Sequence record: SRR31156797_94
Strand: one strand, 5' to 3'
Length of the DNA: 56,323 bases
In this document: positions 9,517 to 18,340 of the stretch, one piece after another
Numbering within the stretch: position 1 is the first letter of the stretch
Layout: every line of letters starts with the position of its first letter
Position numbers and translations under genes: made by a program
Notes under the pieces: model-generated
What the model was told of the DNA's origin: nothing
What the model saw: only the letters and a program-made list of their open reading frames with translations
The model's database searches: none

Positions 9517-11001
9517 ATGAAACCATTTGCTGATATACATTGTCACCCGACTATGCATCCTTTTGCATTTCAAGAAGCAGGGAAGAGAAGAAAAAATAAT
9601 TTATGGTGGGACAATCCACCAAAAAAATGTCAAAGGAAGAGTACTTTTCCAGAATATTTTCAAACAAGTATGCCAGCACTTAGCAGAGGTAACGTTAGAT
9701 TAGTTATTGCTGCTTTGTATCCATTGGAGCAACCCTGGTTAAATCCTGAATTTTTAGGAACAGGCTTTGTTTCTGATATAATAGCTAAGCAAGTTGTTAG
9801 TCATTTACCTATACCATTTATTAATAAAGTACAATCTCCACAATTTAATTATTTCGAATACTTAAATAAAGAGTATGATTATTTAGTTAAGGATAGTGGG
9901 GAATTTCATTCCATTAAAAAAACACCCTGGAGATACATTGTAGCTAAAAATGCTGAGGATATTGTAGAATACAAGGATGATGAAAATACAGTTGTTTTTG
10001 TACCGGCTATTGAAGGGGCACACTCCTTGTTTTCCGGTAATGCTAAACAAATTATTCACGATCCTGTAATTCATGAACAAACCATAGATAATATTTTGAA
10101 GGTTAAGAATTGGGATCATCCACCTTTATATATTACCCTTTCGCACCATTTTTATAACGGCATTTGCGGTCAGGCTCGAAGTATTCCGGATGGAGCTGCT
10201 TCTGTTTTATTAGAGCAGGAAGTAGGATTAAATGAGCCCATTAATGAAAGAGGAGAAAGAGTAGTGGATTGCCTGCTTGGTATTAATGAGTTTGAGGGAA
10301 ATGGACGAAGGATTTTAATAGATTCCAAGCATATGAGTGTGAGTGCTCGTATCTGGTACTATGATAAAATAAAAAATTACAATGATGGAGTCTCTTCTGA
10401 TAAAAAAATTCCGGTGATAGCCAGCCATATGGGTTATGGCAATCATAAAACCCTACTAGATTCTATTGATGATCCTGATACAGATAAAGATAAGTATGAA
10501 GACTCAAAAATTTTTAACCCGTGGAGTATTAACCTCTCTGATGAAGAAGTTTGTTTGATATTTCAATCAGGTGGAATTATTGGGTTAAATCTGGATCAAA
10601 GGATATTATCAGGAGAGGAAGTTATAGATACTTCAAAAGATTTTACAAAAAGAGATATTCGCAGAAACAGAGAGAATGTAGTTGAATTTTGGACACGTCA
10701 GTTTGCGCGTAATATTATGGGCGTGGCAAATGCTGTAATTAGCAATTCAGACATTCCAGAAGACAAAAAAGGCTTAATTTGGAATCATATTGCTTTGGGA
10801 AGTGATTTTGATGGAATGATTAATCCTGTTGATTCTTTTATTGTGGCAGACGAGTTTAAGAACTTAAGAGCTGCTTTGGCCAATTATATGCCACAAATGC
10901 CCCAGTTTGAACATTTATCTATCGGATTAGCGATTGGTGAGATATTAGATAAAATCATGTATGATAATGCAGTTAATTTTGTAATAAAACACTATTGCTA
11001 A
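9517..11001 (+). CDS. Amidohydrolase superfamily, membrane-dipeptidase (M19)-like protein
   Basis: ADIHCH, IEGAH, IDSKHMS, ASHMG, GSDFDG motifs of renal-dipeptidase-like TIM barrels. Confidence 0.72.
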   Translation: MKPFADIHCHPTMHPFAFQEAGKRRKNNLWWDNPPKKCQRKSTFPEYFQTSMPALSRGNVRLVIAALYPLEQPWLNPEFLGTGFVSDIIAKQVVSHLPIPFINKVQSPQFNYFEYLNKEYDYLVKDSGEFHSIKKTPWRYIVAKNAEDIVEYKDDENTVVFVPAIEGAHSLFSGNAKQIIHDPVIHEQTIDNILKVKNWDHPPLYITLSHHFYNGICGQARSIPDGAASVLLEQEVGLNEPINERGERVVDCLLGINEFEGNGRRILIDSKHMSVSARIWYYDKIKNYNDGVSSDKKIPVIASHMGYGNHKTLLDSIDDPDTDKDKYEDSKIFNPWSINLSDEEVCLIFQSGGIIGLNLDQRILSGEEVIDTSKDFTKRDIRRNRENVVEFWTRQFARNIMGVANAVISNSDIPEDKKGLIWNHIALGSDFDGMINPVDSFIVADEFKNLRAALANYMPQMPQFEHLSIGLAIGEILDKIMYDNAVNFVIKHYC

Positions 11002-11326
11002 TAGTCATCTATTATTATTATTATAGTTTAGAGTAGATCCATAATATAACTGCTCTGATATAAATTTATATAGCCATCTACTTCTGTTAATTATTTATAA
11101 TTGAGGAGGTGTTTTTTTTATGAATTGAGTTTATTCGAAAAGCTATTTTGACGAAATCAAGTTTAGATATTTCAATTGGAATCTATCCATCAATAGCACT
11201 GAAATCACTTAAACTATCTTTCTTTTTCTTATATTAGAGACTAACATTTTTTAGTGTTTGTGTAATAGAAGTTTCAAGATAAATTAGGAGTTGAAGTATT
11301 CAAACAGAGATCAAATTAAAAATTCT

Positions 11327-12532
11327 ATGTCAAAAACTTATTTTAAGCAATATCCTGATGAAAAAGGATATTTTGGAGAATACGGAGGAGCCTTTATTCC
11401 TCCTGTGTTAGAAACAGAAATGCAAAAAATTACAGATGCGTATTATCAAATTAGCAAGTCGCACGAGTTTATTTCGGAGTTAAGAAGCATTCGTAAACAT
11501 TATCAGGGAAGACCAACTCCTGTATATTACTGCAATCGATTATCGGAAAAGTATGGAGGTCGAATTTATTTAAAACGAGAAGACCTGAATCATTCCGGAG
11601 CACATAAATTAAATCACTGTATGGGCGAGGCTTTATTGGCCAAGTACTTGGGTAAGAAAAGACTTATTGCAGAAACCGGAGCTGGCCAGCATGGGGTGGC
11701 ATTAGCTACTGCTGCGGCATATTTTGGTCTGGAGTGTGAAATTCATATGGGTGAGGTGGATATTAAAAAAGAGCATCCCAATGTAGTTCGTATGAAAATT
11801 TTAGGAGCCGAGGTTGTTCCTGCTACCCATGGTCTTAAAACGCTAAAAGAAGCGGTTGATTCTGCCTTTGAGGCTTATTTAAAAGATCCGATTAATACAA
11901 TTTATTGCATTGGATCAGTTGTAGGTCCGCATCCATTTCCAATGTTAGTGAGAGATTTTCAGCGTGTAGTTGGAATAGAATCCAAAGAGCAGTTCTTTGA
12001 TATGACAGGGGAACAACCAGATAATGTCGTTGCTTGCGTTGGAGGAGGAAGTAATGCCATGGGGATTTTTTCCGCATTTTTAGAAGATGAAGAAATTAAA
12101 TTACATGGTGTTGAACCCGCCGGTCGCGATATCAATGTAACAGGAGAGCATGCCGCTACAATAACTCATGGAACACCAGGAATTATTCATGGTTTTAAAT
12201 GTTATACTTTACAGGATGAAAAAGGAGAGCCTGCACCGGTCTATTCCATTGCCAGTGGTTTGGATTACCCGGGTGTGGGGCCGGAACATTCTATGTTACA
12301 CGACTTAAAAAGAGTGACGTATGGTTCAGTAAACGATCAGGAATGTATAGATGCCTTTTATGAATTGAGTCGTTTAGAAGGTATAATTCCGGCATTAGAA
12401 AGTGCACATGCAGTTGCTTATGCATTAAAACTGGCAAAAGAAAATCCAAGGCAATCTATTCTTGTAAACTTGAGTGGTAGAGGAGATAAGGATATTGATT
12501 TTGTTGTAGATAATTACGGTTTACCGGAATAA
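11327..12532 (+). CDS. trpB: Tryptophan synthase beta subunit (stand-alone, TrpB1-like)
   Basis: Start taken at ATG 11327; [12 protein letters not shown] (PLP Lys), [40 protein letters not shown]. Confidence 0.95.
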   Translation: MSKTYFKQYPDEKGYFGEYGGAFIPPVLETEMQKITDAYYQISKSHEFISELRSIRKHYQGRPTPVYYCNRLSEKYGGRIYLKREDLNHSGAHKLNHCMGEALLAKYLGKKRLIAETGAGQHGVALATAAAYFGLECEIHMGEVDIKKEHPNVVRMKILGAEVVPATHGLKTLKEAVDSAFEAYLKDPINTIYCIGSVVGPHPFPMLVRDFQRVVGIESKEQFFDMTGEQPDNVVACVGGGSNAMGIFSAFLEDEEIKLHGVEPAGRDINVTGEHAATITHGTPGIIHGFKCYTLQDEKGEPAPVYSIASGLDYPGVGPEHSMLHDLKRVTYGSVNDQECIDAFYELSRLEGIIPALESAHAVAYALKLAKENPRQSILVNLSGRGDKDIDFVVDNYGLPE

Positions 12533-12539
12533 AAAAATA

Positions 12540-12582
12540 TAAAGGAGCAAGATTCAAGAACTGAGATTCTTGCTCTTTTATT
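12540..12582 (+). terminator. Intrinsic terminator after trpB
   Basis: GAGCAAGA / TCTTGCTC stem followed by TTTTA. Confidence 0.65.
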
Positions 12583-12680
12583 ATAATTGGTATCACTTTT
12601 AGATAACAAATCCCTAAATGTTGGTATTTTAATCTTCGCCTAAGGATTCTATTTTTGTTATTTCTTACAAATAATCGATT

Positions 12681-13355
12681 ATGGGGAATCTTCAACATGA
12701 AAAAAGGACTTTGTGGGTTGTATTATTAACAGCCATAACAATGGTGGTTGAAATAATATATGGACTAACCACAAAATCAATGGCGTTATTGGCCGATGGT
12801 ATTCACATGGGATCTCATGTTTTGGCAATCGGTTTAAGTTGGTTAGCTTATGTTATTGTAAGAAAACTATCTAAAAAAGAAGAGTTTAAAGGAAATAGCG
12901 AGAAAATACTTTCTTTATCTGGTTATAGTAGCGGTTTGATGCTTTTATTATTTGCTATTGTAATTATGGTTGAGGCTATCGAACGTTTTATTCATCCAAC
13001 AGATATTGTTTACAAGGAAGCTATTCTAGTAGCTATTATTGGGATGGTAGTAAATATTGCCAGTGCATTTTTATTGCACCACGATCACGAACACAGCGAT
13101 CATAATATCAGAGCGGCATACCTCCATGTTATTGCAGATGCATTAACGAGTTTAACGGCTATATTAGGTTTAACGGCTGCTATGATTTGGGATATCCCAT
13201 TTATAGATACCATTGCGGCTGTTATTAGTTCTTTAGTAATTATCAAATGGTCAATTGGTTTATTGAAGGATGCAGGTTCGGCGTTATTAGATATTCCGGC
13301 AGGAAAACACTCTCATGATCACGGACACCATCACCATGGTCATCATCATCACTAA
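12681..13355 (+). CDS. Cation diffusion facilitator, DmeF-like (Co/Ni), lacking a C-terminal domain and ending in a His-rich tail
   Basis: SMALLADGIHMGSH, HHDHEHSDHNIRAAYLHVIADALTS; 6 TM segments; ends HSHDHGHHHHGHHHH. Confidence 0.85.
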   Translation: MGNLQHEKRTLWVVLLTAITMVVEIIYGLTTKSMALLADGIHMGSHVLAIGLSWLAYVIVRKLSKKEEFKGNSEKILSLSGYSSGLMLLLFAIVIMVEAIERFIHPTDIVYKEAILVAIIGMVVNIASAFLLHHDHEHSDHNIRAAYLHVIADALTSLTAILGLTAAMIWDIPFIDTIAAVISSLVIIKWSIGLLKDAGSALLDIPAGKHSHDHGHHHHGHHHH

Positions 13356-13385
13356 TGAGAGTGGTATATAATTTTATGAGTGGGA

Positions 13386-13628
13386 TTACTGAATAGAGCG
13401 CCAACTCAAATCACAAGCTTCATTTAAGATTGTAAATATCTCAAATTCATCCATATTTGTTTGTACCAGCAATATATCTTTAAAGTTGTCCGCATACATA
13501 TTCATATAACTAAAATCGGCTCCAGAGTTGATAAGTTCTTGTGCGTATGGAGTGAATAATTTTATTAGTTCTGCAACTATTTCCTCTTTACTTGAATGCT
13601 TATTTAAGTTCGATAAATCTATTTCCAT
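13386..13628 (-). CDS. Small hypothetical protein (80 aa, acidic)
   Basis: ATG-started ORF filling an intergenic gap, convergent with the CDF gene; no family recognised. Confidence 0.55.
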   Translation of the reverse strand: MEIDLSNLNKHSSKEEIVAELIKLFTPYAQELINSGADFSYMNMYADNFKDILLVQTNMDEFEIFTILNEACDLSWRSIQ

Positions 13629-13761
13629 TGTCTAATATTAATTTTGACATAAAATTAAGGAAAAAATCATACTTCAAATTTAAACATGTCTATTTTGTAA
13701 ATTATATCCAGAGTTTTGACAGGATATGATAAATGTCCTTATAATGAATACCAGAATCCTA

Positions 13762-13769
13762 TATTTTTG
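13762..13769 (+). promoter_or_regulatory. -7 box (TATTTTTG) for the riboswitch/aspartate kinase transcript
   Basis: TAnnTTTG about 20 nt upstream of riboswitch P1. Confidence 0.6.
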
Positions 13770-13789
13770 AGCTAAATAATAAAAACAAG

Positions 13790-13887
13790 GTTTATTAAGA
13801 AGAGGGGAGAGACAGGCTCACAGATCCTCTGGCAACCACTTAAAAGGCAGGTGCCAAAACCTGATTCGTTTAACGAAGATGATAAAC
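13790..13887 (+). ncRNA. SAM-I (S-box) riboswitch aptamer
   Basis: P1 GTTTATTA / TGATAAAC; AAGA joiner; GAGAGACAGGCTC...GATCCTCT P2; GGCAACC...GGTGCC P3; terminal GAAGATGA; upstream of an aspartate-pathway gene. Confidence 0.88.
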
Positions 13888-13921
13888 TAACAGATATGAT
13901 TTATACTACATTTTTTCGAAT

Positions 13922-13941
13922 GCCCATCCGGGCTATTTTTT
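13922..13941 (+). terminator. Candidate riboswitch expression-platform terminator
   Basis: GCCC-atcc-GGGC hairpin followed by TATTTTTT. Confidence 0.55.
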
Positions 13942-14168
13942 AATTTCAAAGCTTCTAGCAATTTATAGCTATTGACTACAGAGGTATAAGAGACGATTGA
14001 ATTGTCATTATAATTTTGTAAGTTATGTATTCAATAGGCTAAAAGCTCGTCTCTTATCTAATCAAATTTAAATAAAACAAAACGTAGGAAAAGTCCCATA
14101 TGAATTTATGTTAGGTATTAACAGACTTATGGGAGTTATATCTGAAATTGAAAAATCAAGACATATAC

Positions 14169-15539
14169 ATGAATAAAATAGTTGCAAAGTTCGGAGGTTC
14201 TAATCTTAAAAAGAAAGAAGATATACTTAAGTTGGTTAAGGTTATCAAAGCTTATAATCAGCCTATGGTTATCGTTGTTTCTGCATTTTATGGCATTACA
14301 AATCACCTGGTAAGATCATTGGAAGAGGTTAAAAAAGACGAATCACATATTGAAAAACTGGTAGAGTTTCTGCGAGAATTAAAAAAGGAGGCCATTCTTG
14401 AAAATTTTGAAGATAAAGATTGGCAGGAAAAAACAATGCAAGCGGTTGAAGTACGTATCCGAGAATTAAGCCGATACCTTACTGGTGTGCATTATATTGG
14501 TGATGTACCTGAGTTCGTAGAAGATGTTATACTTAGTTTTGGAGAGCGTTTAAGTTCCCTTGTACTAACGCATATTTTGCAAAGTCAGGGAATTGATGTT
14601 GAAGAAGCTTTACCTGAACAAATGCCTTTAATTACAGATGGAGAATTTGGAAATGCAACTGTTAATTATGAAAACTCAGCTCCATTTGTAAAGGAACGAT
14701 TAAAGGAGGATAAGATTTATGTGGTACCTGGTTTTTATGGTGTTTCAGAAGAAGGAAAAGTTACGCTTTTAGGAAGAGGAGGAAGTGATTATTCAGCTGC
14801 TGCTATAGCTCGATGTTTGGGAGCCGATTTATTGGATGTATGGAAAGACGTGGATGGATTTATGAGTGCTGATCCAAAATTGGTAAATGCACCGCAAAAG
14901 ATTAGTCAGCTTTCATATGCAGAGGCGGCCGAATTATCCTATTTTGGCGCTAGTATCTTACATCCCAGAACTGTGGAACCACTGCGAGAAGTGAGTATCC
15001 CAATTCGAATAAGTAATATAGATACCTTTAATGGTAAAATAGAGCCAGGAACAGTTGTGAATGGAGATTCTGATATTGCATCACAGATTATTAAAAGTGT
15101 GACCTATAATGATGACTTCTGTATTTTAAAACTTAGAGGAGCAGGTGTTGGATTGAAAAAAGGCGTGTTGGCCAGCGTAACGGTAGCTTTGGATAGAGCC
15201 GGTATCAATATTAAATCTGTTATTACCTCTCAGGTGGTTATCAATCTATTATTATCAACTGCAGATTTAAAACGCGCTTTTGAAGTGGTTGAGCAGCTTG
15301 AACTATCTGCAATAACAGATATAAGAGCGATTGAAAAAATTTCGACTATAGCTGCTGTCGGAGAAGGTTTGCTTGATTCTCCCGGAATTGCAGGCAAATT
15401 GTTTACTGCATTGGCCAAAGAGAATATCAATGTACAAATGATTGTTTCGGGAGCATCAATTGTAGCTACGTATTTTGTAGTGGCACAATGTGATCGTGAA
15501 GGTGCAATCAGAGCCATTCATCAAAACTTTTTTAGTTAA
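14169..15539 (+). CDS. Monofunctional aspartate kinase with two ACT domains
   Basis: Start taken at ATG 14169; VAKFGGSN, VVSA, SFGERLS, LGRGGSDYSAA, DVDGFMSADP, EAAELSYFGASILHP; no homoserine dehydrogenase domain. Confidence 0.93.
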   Translation: MNKIVAKFGGSNLKKKEDILKLVKVIKAYNQPMVIVVSAFYGITNHLVRSLEEVKKDESHIEKLVEFLRELKKEAILENFEDKDWQEKTMQAVEVRIRELSRYLTGVHYIGDVPEFVEDVILSFGERLSSLVLTHILQSQGIDVEEALPEQMPLITDGEFGNATVNYENSAPFVKERLKEDKIYVVPGFYGVSEEGKVTLLGRGGSDYSAAAIARCLGADLLDVWKDVDGFMSADPKLVNAPQKISQLSYAEAAELSYFGASILHPRTVEPLREVSIPIRISNIDTFNGKIEPGTVVNGDSDIASQIIKSVTYNDDFCILKLRGAGVGLKKGVLASVTVALDRAGINIKSVITSQVVINLLLSTADLKRAFEVVEQLELSAITDIRAIEKISTIAAVGEGLLDSPGIAGKLFTALAKENINVQMIVSGASIVATYFVVAQCDREGAIRAIHQNFFS

Positions 15540-15699
15540 TTAAATCTCTGTTGTTCAGTTTAGTTGACATATAAACTTAATGTGATATTCAAAGTGAAAA
15601 GAGAAGAAATATACCCATATTAATATTGACTTTAGAGGAGGTTTGACATATATTTAAGTATTAAAATACTTATTAATATAAAAAAGAAAGGAGGTTGAT

Positions 15700-15957
15700 A
15701 TGGGAATTTTATTGTGGATAGTAATTGGCTTAATAGTTAGTATTTTAACGCTTGTAATTGAACCATATATTATACGGCAGCATATTATTATCACCATCTT
15801 TTTGGGCGTTTTAGGTGCTGTTATTGGTGGTGCACTCGGAACTTTCTTAGGTTTTGATGAAACAGAAGGAATGCGATTTATTATTGTTTTGTATTCAGCA
15901 GGTGTATCAGCGTTTATATTAACTTGGTATCGGGCACTAGAGAAGTATTTTTCTTAA
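15700..15957 (+). CDS. GlsB/YeaQ/YmgE (transglycosylase-associated) small membrane protein
   Basis: MGILLWIVIGLIV...TIFLGVLGAVIGGALGTFLG three-TM pattern. Confidence 0.7.
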   Translation: MGILLWIVIGLIVSILTLVIEPYIIRQHIIITIFLGVLGAVIGGALGTFLGFDETEGMRFIIVLYSAGVSAFILTWYRALEKYFS

Positions 15958-16035
15958 TGTAGTTTACTATATAAAAACTTCATATGCCCTTTTCATCTAA
16001 TTGTTTATTTATGGTAAAAACAATACGCTATAATG

Positions 16036-16065
16036 ATCCTGTCAGTGTAAACTGGCAGGATTTTT
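16036..16065 (+). terminator. Intrinsic terminator
   Basis: ATCCTGTCAG / CTGGCAGGAT stem followed by TTTT. Confidence 0.7.
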
Positions 16066-16259
16066 CTTTATAAAGAAAACTTTCTTTTGTTGCAGGTGTT
16101 TTTATTACTAGAAAGTTAAACTATAGACAAAAGACATGAGATTTATATACATAGCGTTCAAAGCCAATATTGCTTAAATAAACCATTCGCTTAAAATTAT
16201 ATTATTATGTTTCAGTTATATAGCTTTAGGAATATCTGTTATTAAAAAATAAAGTAAAT

Positions 16260-16856
16260 ATGGATTTTGGAGATCAATACAATAAAGCAGTTTCACTAAT
16301 AAAAGAAGCTTATCAGGAGAATTTAGAGTTAGTAACAGATAATGATGTTACTTATCCTAAAGAATATTTGTATGCTATAAGAATGATAGAAGTGTTAAAG
16401 GGTTATGAACCCGAAGCTAAAGAAGAAGTATATTTAGCTGCCTGGTGTCAGCATTTATATAGATGGGAAATTCCCCGTAATTCATATCCAATGGATAGAA
16501 AGGGATATCATCAGTGGCGAACTTATTTATATACTTATCAGGCTAATAAGGCTGAGTCATTATTGTTAGAATCCGGATATTCAGCAGAAAGCATTAATTC
16601 TGTTAAAAATATGATCGAAAAAAAGGATTTGGATTCCAATAAAGACAGTCAACTCCTTGAAGATGTGGTATGTTTGGTTTTTCTTCAATATTATATTTTT
16701 GATTTTATTGCAAAACACAAAGAGGATGAAAATAAACTAAAGCGGATTATTTTCAGCACCTGGCTTAAAATGTCTGACAAAGCACATGGTGAAGCACTTA
16801 ATATTAACTATGGCGATACTATTAAGCACTTAATAATTTCAGCTGTTGAATCATAG
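16260..16856 (+). CDS. DUF4202-family protein
   Basis: PKEYLYAIRM, QHLYRWEIPRNSYPMDRKGYHQWR, QLLEDVVCLVFL, TWLKMS motifs. Confidence 0.85.
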   Translation: MDFGDQYNKAVSLIKEAYQENLELVTDNDVTYPKEYLYAIRMIEVLKGYEPEAKEEVYLAAWCQHLYRWEIPRNSYPMDRKGYHQWRTYLYTYQANKAESLLLESGYSAESINSVKNMIEKKDLDSNKDSQLLEDVVCLVFLQYYIFDFIAKHKEDENKLKRIIFSTWLKMSDKAHGEALNINYGDTIKHLIISAVES

Positions 16857-16897
16857 GTCAGATGATTTATTTTCTACAATTCAATATTAAGTCCGGG

Positions 16898-17164
16898 TTA
16901 ATTTTCCGAATTTTGTTGAATTACCTCAATTCCATTTTCGTTTAATAATTGAATTGATTTTGAGCAAATGTTGGGATTACATATTAAGCTAATTCTAACT
17001 TTTGCATTTTTATCCAGTATCTTATGGGCTATTTCAATTATTTTCTGAGCATCTTTTCTTATAATTCTACTTTTTATCAGTTTTACAATCCCTATATGAT
17101 TTTCACTCAACAGTTCTAATTTAATATTGGATTTTAATCCATATGCGTGTGCTGAAATATCCAT
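16898..17164 (-). CDS. Small hypothetical protein (88 aa, basic)
   Basis: ATG-started ORF in an intergenic gap; KSRIIRKDA and ICSKS segments; no family assigned. Confidence 0.6.
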   Translation of the reverse strand: MDISAHAYGLKSNIKLELLSENHIGIVKLIKSRIIRKDAQKIIEIAHKILDKNAKVRISLICNPNICSKSIQLLNENGIEVIQQNSEN

Positions 17165-17404
17165 TATTTGTGTTTTAGTTTAGCTTAATTCTATTTTGTT
17201 TGCGAATATATAAATGTCTATTAATTAGTACGAATATTAAATGCATGTTTAAGATTTGTTATTAAATGTAATTCCTGATATACTATGGTTTATTAGGTAT
17301 TGGTTGAATCATTTGTAATTAACTTAAAAACAGGTAAAAAGAGAATATAAAATATGAATATGCAAAAATGCGTAAATGATTGATATATAAGCTAGTGTGT
17401 TGTT

Positions 17405-17452
17405 TTTGTCTACACTAATTTCACATTTGTCGTTAATATAACATCTTTTGTC
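17405..17452 (+). promoter_or_regulatory. Three TTTGTC direct repeats at exact 21-bp spacing upstream of wza
   Basis: TTTGTC starts at 17405, 17426 and 17447. Confidence 0.6.
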
Positions 17453-17515
17453 AAAACAGAGTACGTGAGGCCTTTTTTATGGTGTAATTTATATATAGAC
17501 GCAAAAATAAGCCTT

Positions 17516-18319
17516 ATGGAATCTTTACATAACTGCAATACATGCAAATCTAAAGCTAAACTAGCAATCCTAATTCCTGGCCTGTTTATTTTAGTTTTTT
17601 CATCTTGTCTTACGAATAAAAATTTAACTTATTTACAGGGAGATTTATCCCAAGCAAAGGAGTTTCAGTCATCTACAGCAGAATATAAGATTAAGGAAAA
17701 GGACGAATTATATATTCAAATAAGTAGTTTGGATGATGCATCGGCGAGTATTTTTTCTTCATTAGGAAATCAACAATATGTTAATTTAGGAGTTATTCAG
17801 CCTTACGGCGCGTCTATGGTTTCTTATACCGTTGAAAAAGATGGCTGTATTACCTTGCCTGTAATAGGTAAACTAATAGTTAAAGACAAAACTATAGAAG
17901 AGGTACGAGAGGCTATTACCAATAATGTGAGTAAGATTTTAAGTCAGCCAACGGTTTCAGTAAAGCTTGTAAACCGATATGTAACTGTGCTTGGAGAAGT
18001 AAACAGGCCTGGAATGTATCATTATTTTAAAGATGAGGTGAGCATTTATGAAGCTATTGGTTTGGCTGGAGATATTACAAATTGGGGAAATAGAAATGAA
18101 GTTATTATTCTCAGAAATGAAAATGGTAAAAACTTGCAAATAGTGCTTGATCTTAACAATAGAGCAATGTTGTCTTCTGAAAATTTATATGTAAGTCCCA
18201 ACGATATCATATATGTTAAACCATTAAAGAAAAAATTCTGGGGTCTACAGGAATTTCCATATGATGTCCTTCTTTCTGCCATAACCGCAGCCATATTACT
18301 TTATTCTGTAGTAAAATAG
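17516..18319 (+). CDS. wza: Polysaccharide export outer-membrane lipoprotein (Wza/OPX)
   Basis: Start taken at ATG 17516; VFSSC lipobox; YKIKEKDEL, DGCITLPVIG, VLGEVNRPG, AIGLAGDI, PNDIIYV. Confidence 0.88.
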   Translation: MESLHNCNTCKSKAKLAILIPGLFILVFSSCLTNKNLTYLQGDLSQAKEFQSSTAEYKIKEKDELYIQISSLDDASASIFSSLGNQQYVNLGVIQPYGASMVSYTVEKDGCITLPVIGKLIVKDKTIEEVREAITNNVSKILSQPTVSVKLVNRYVTVLGEVNRPGMYHYFKDEVSIYEAIGLAGDITNWGNRNEVIILRNENGKNLQIVLDLNNRAMLSSENLYVSPNDIIYVKPLKKKFWGLQEFPYDVLLSAITAAILLYSVVK

Positions 18320-18340
18320 TGATTTTTAAAGTTTGTAATC

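Noticed and set aside
11002..11326. Trp leader peptide / attenuator upstream of trpB
   Set aside because: No short ORF with Trp codons found by eye
13309..13352. CAT/CAC-rich tandem repeat
   Set aside because: It is simply the coding sequence of the CDF His tail, not an independent repeat
17165..17515. Invertible (phase-variable) capsule promoter as in Bacteroides
   Set aside because: No long inverted-repeat pair seen and no recombinase or upxY/upxZ gene in the window
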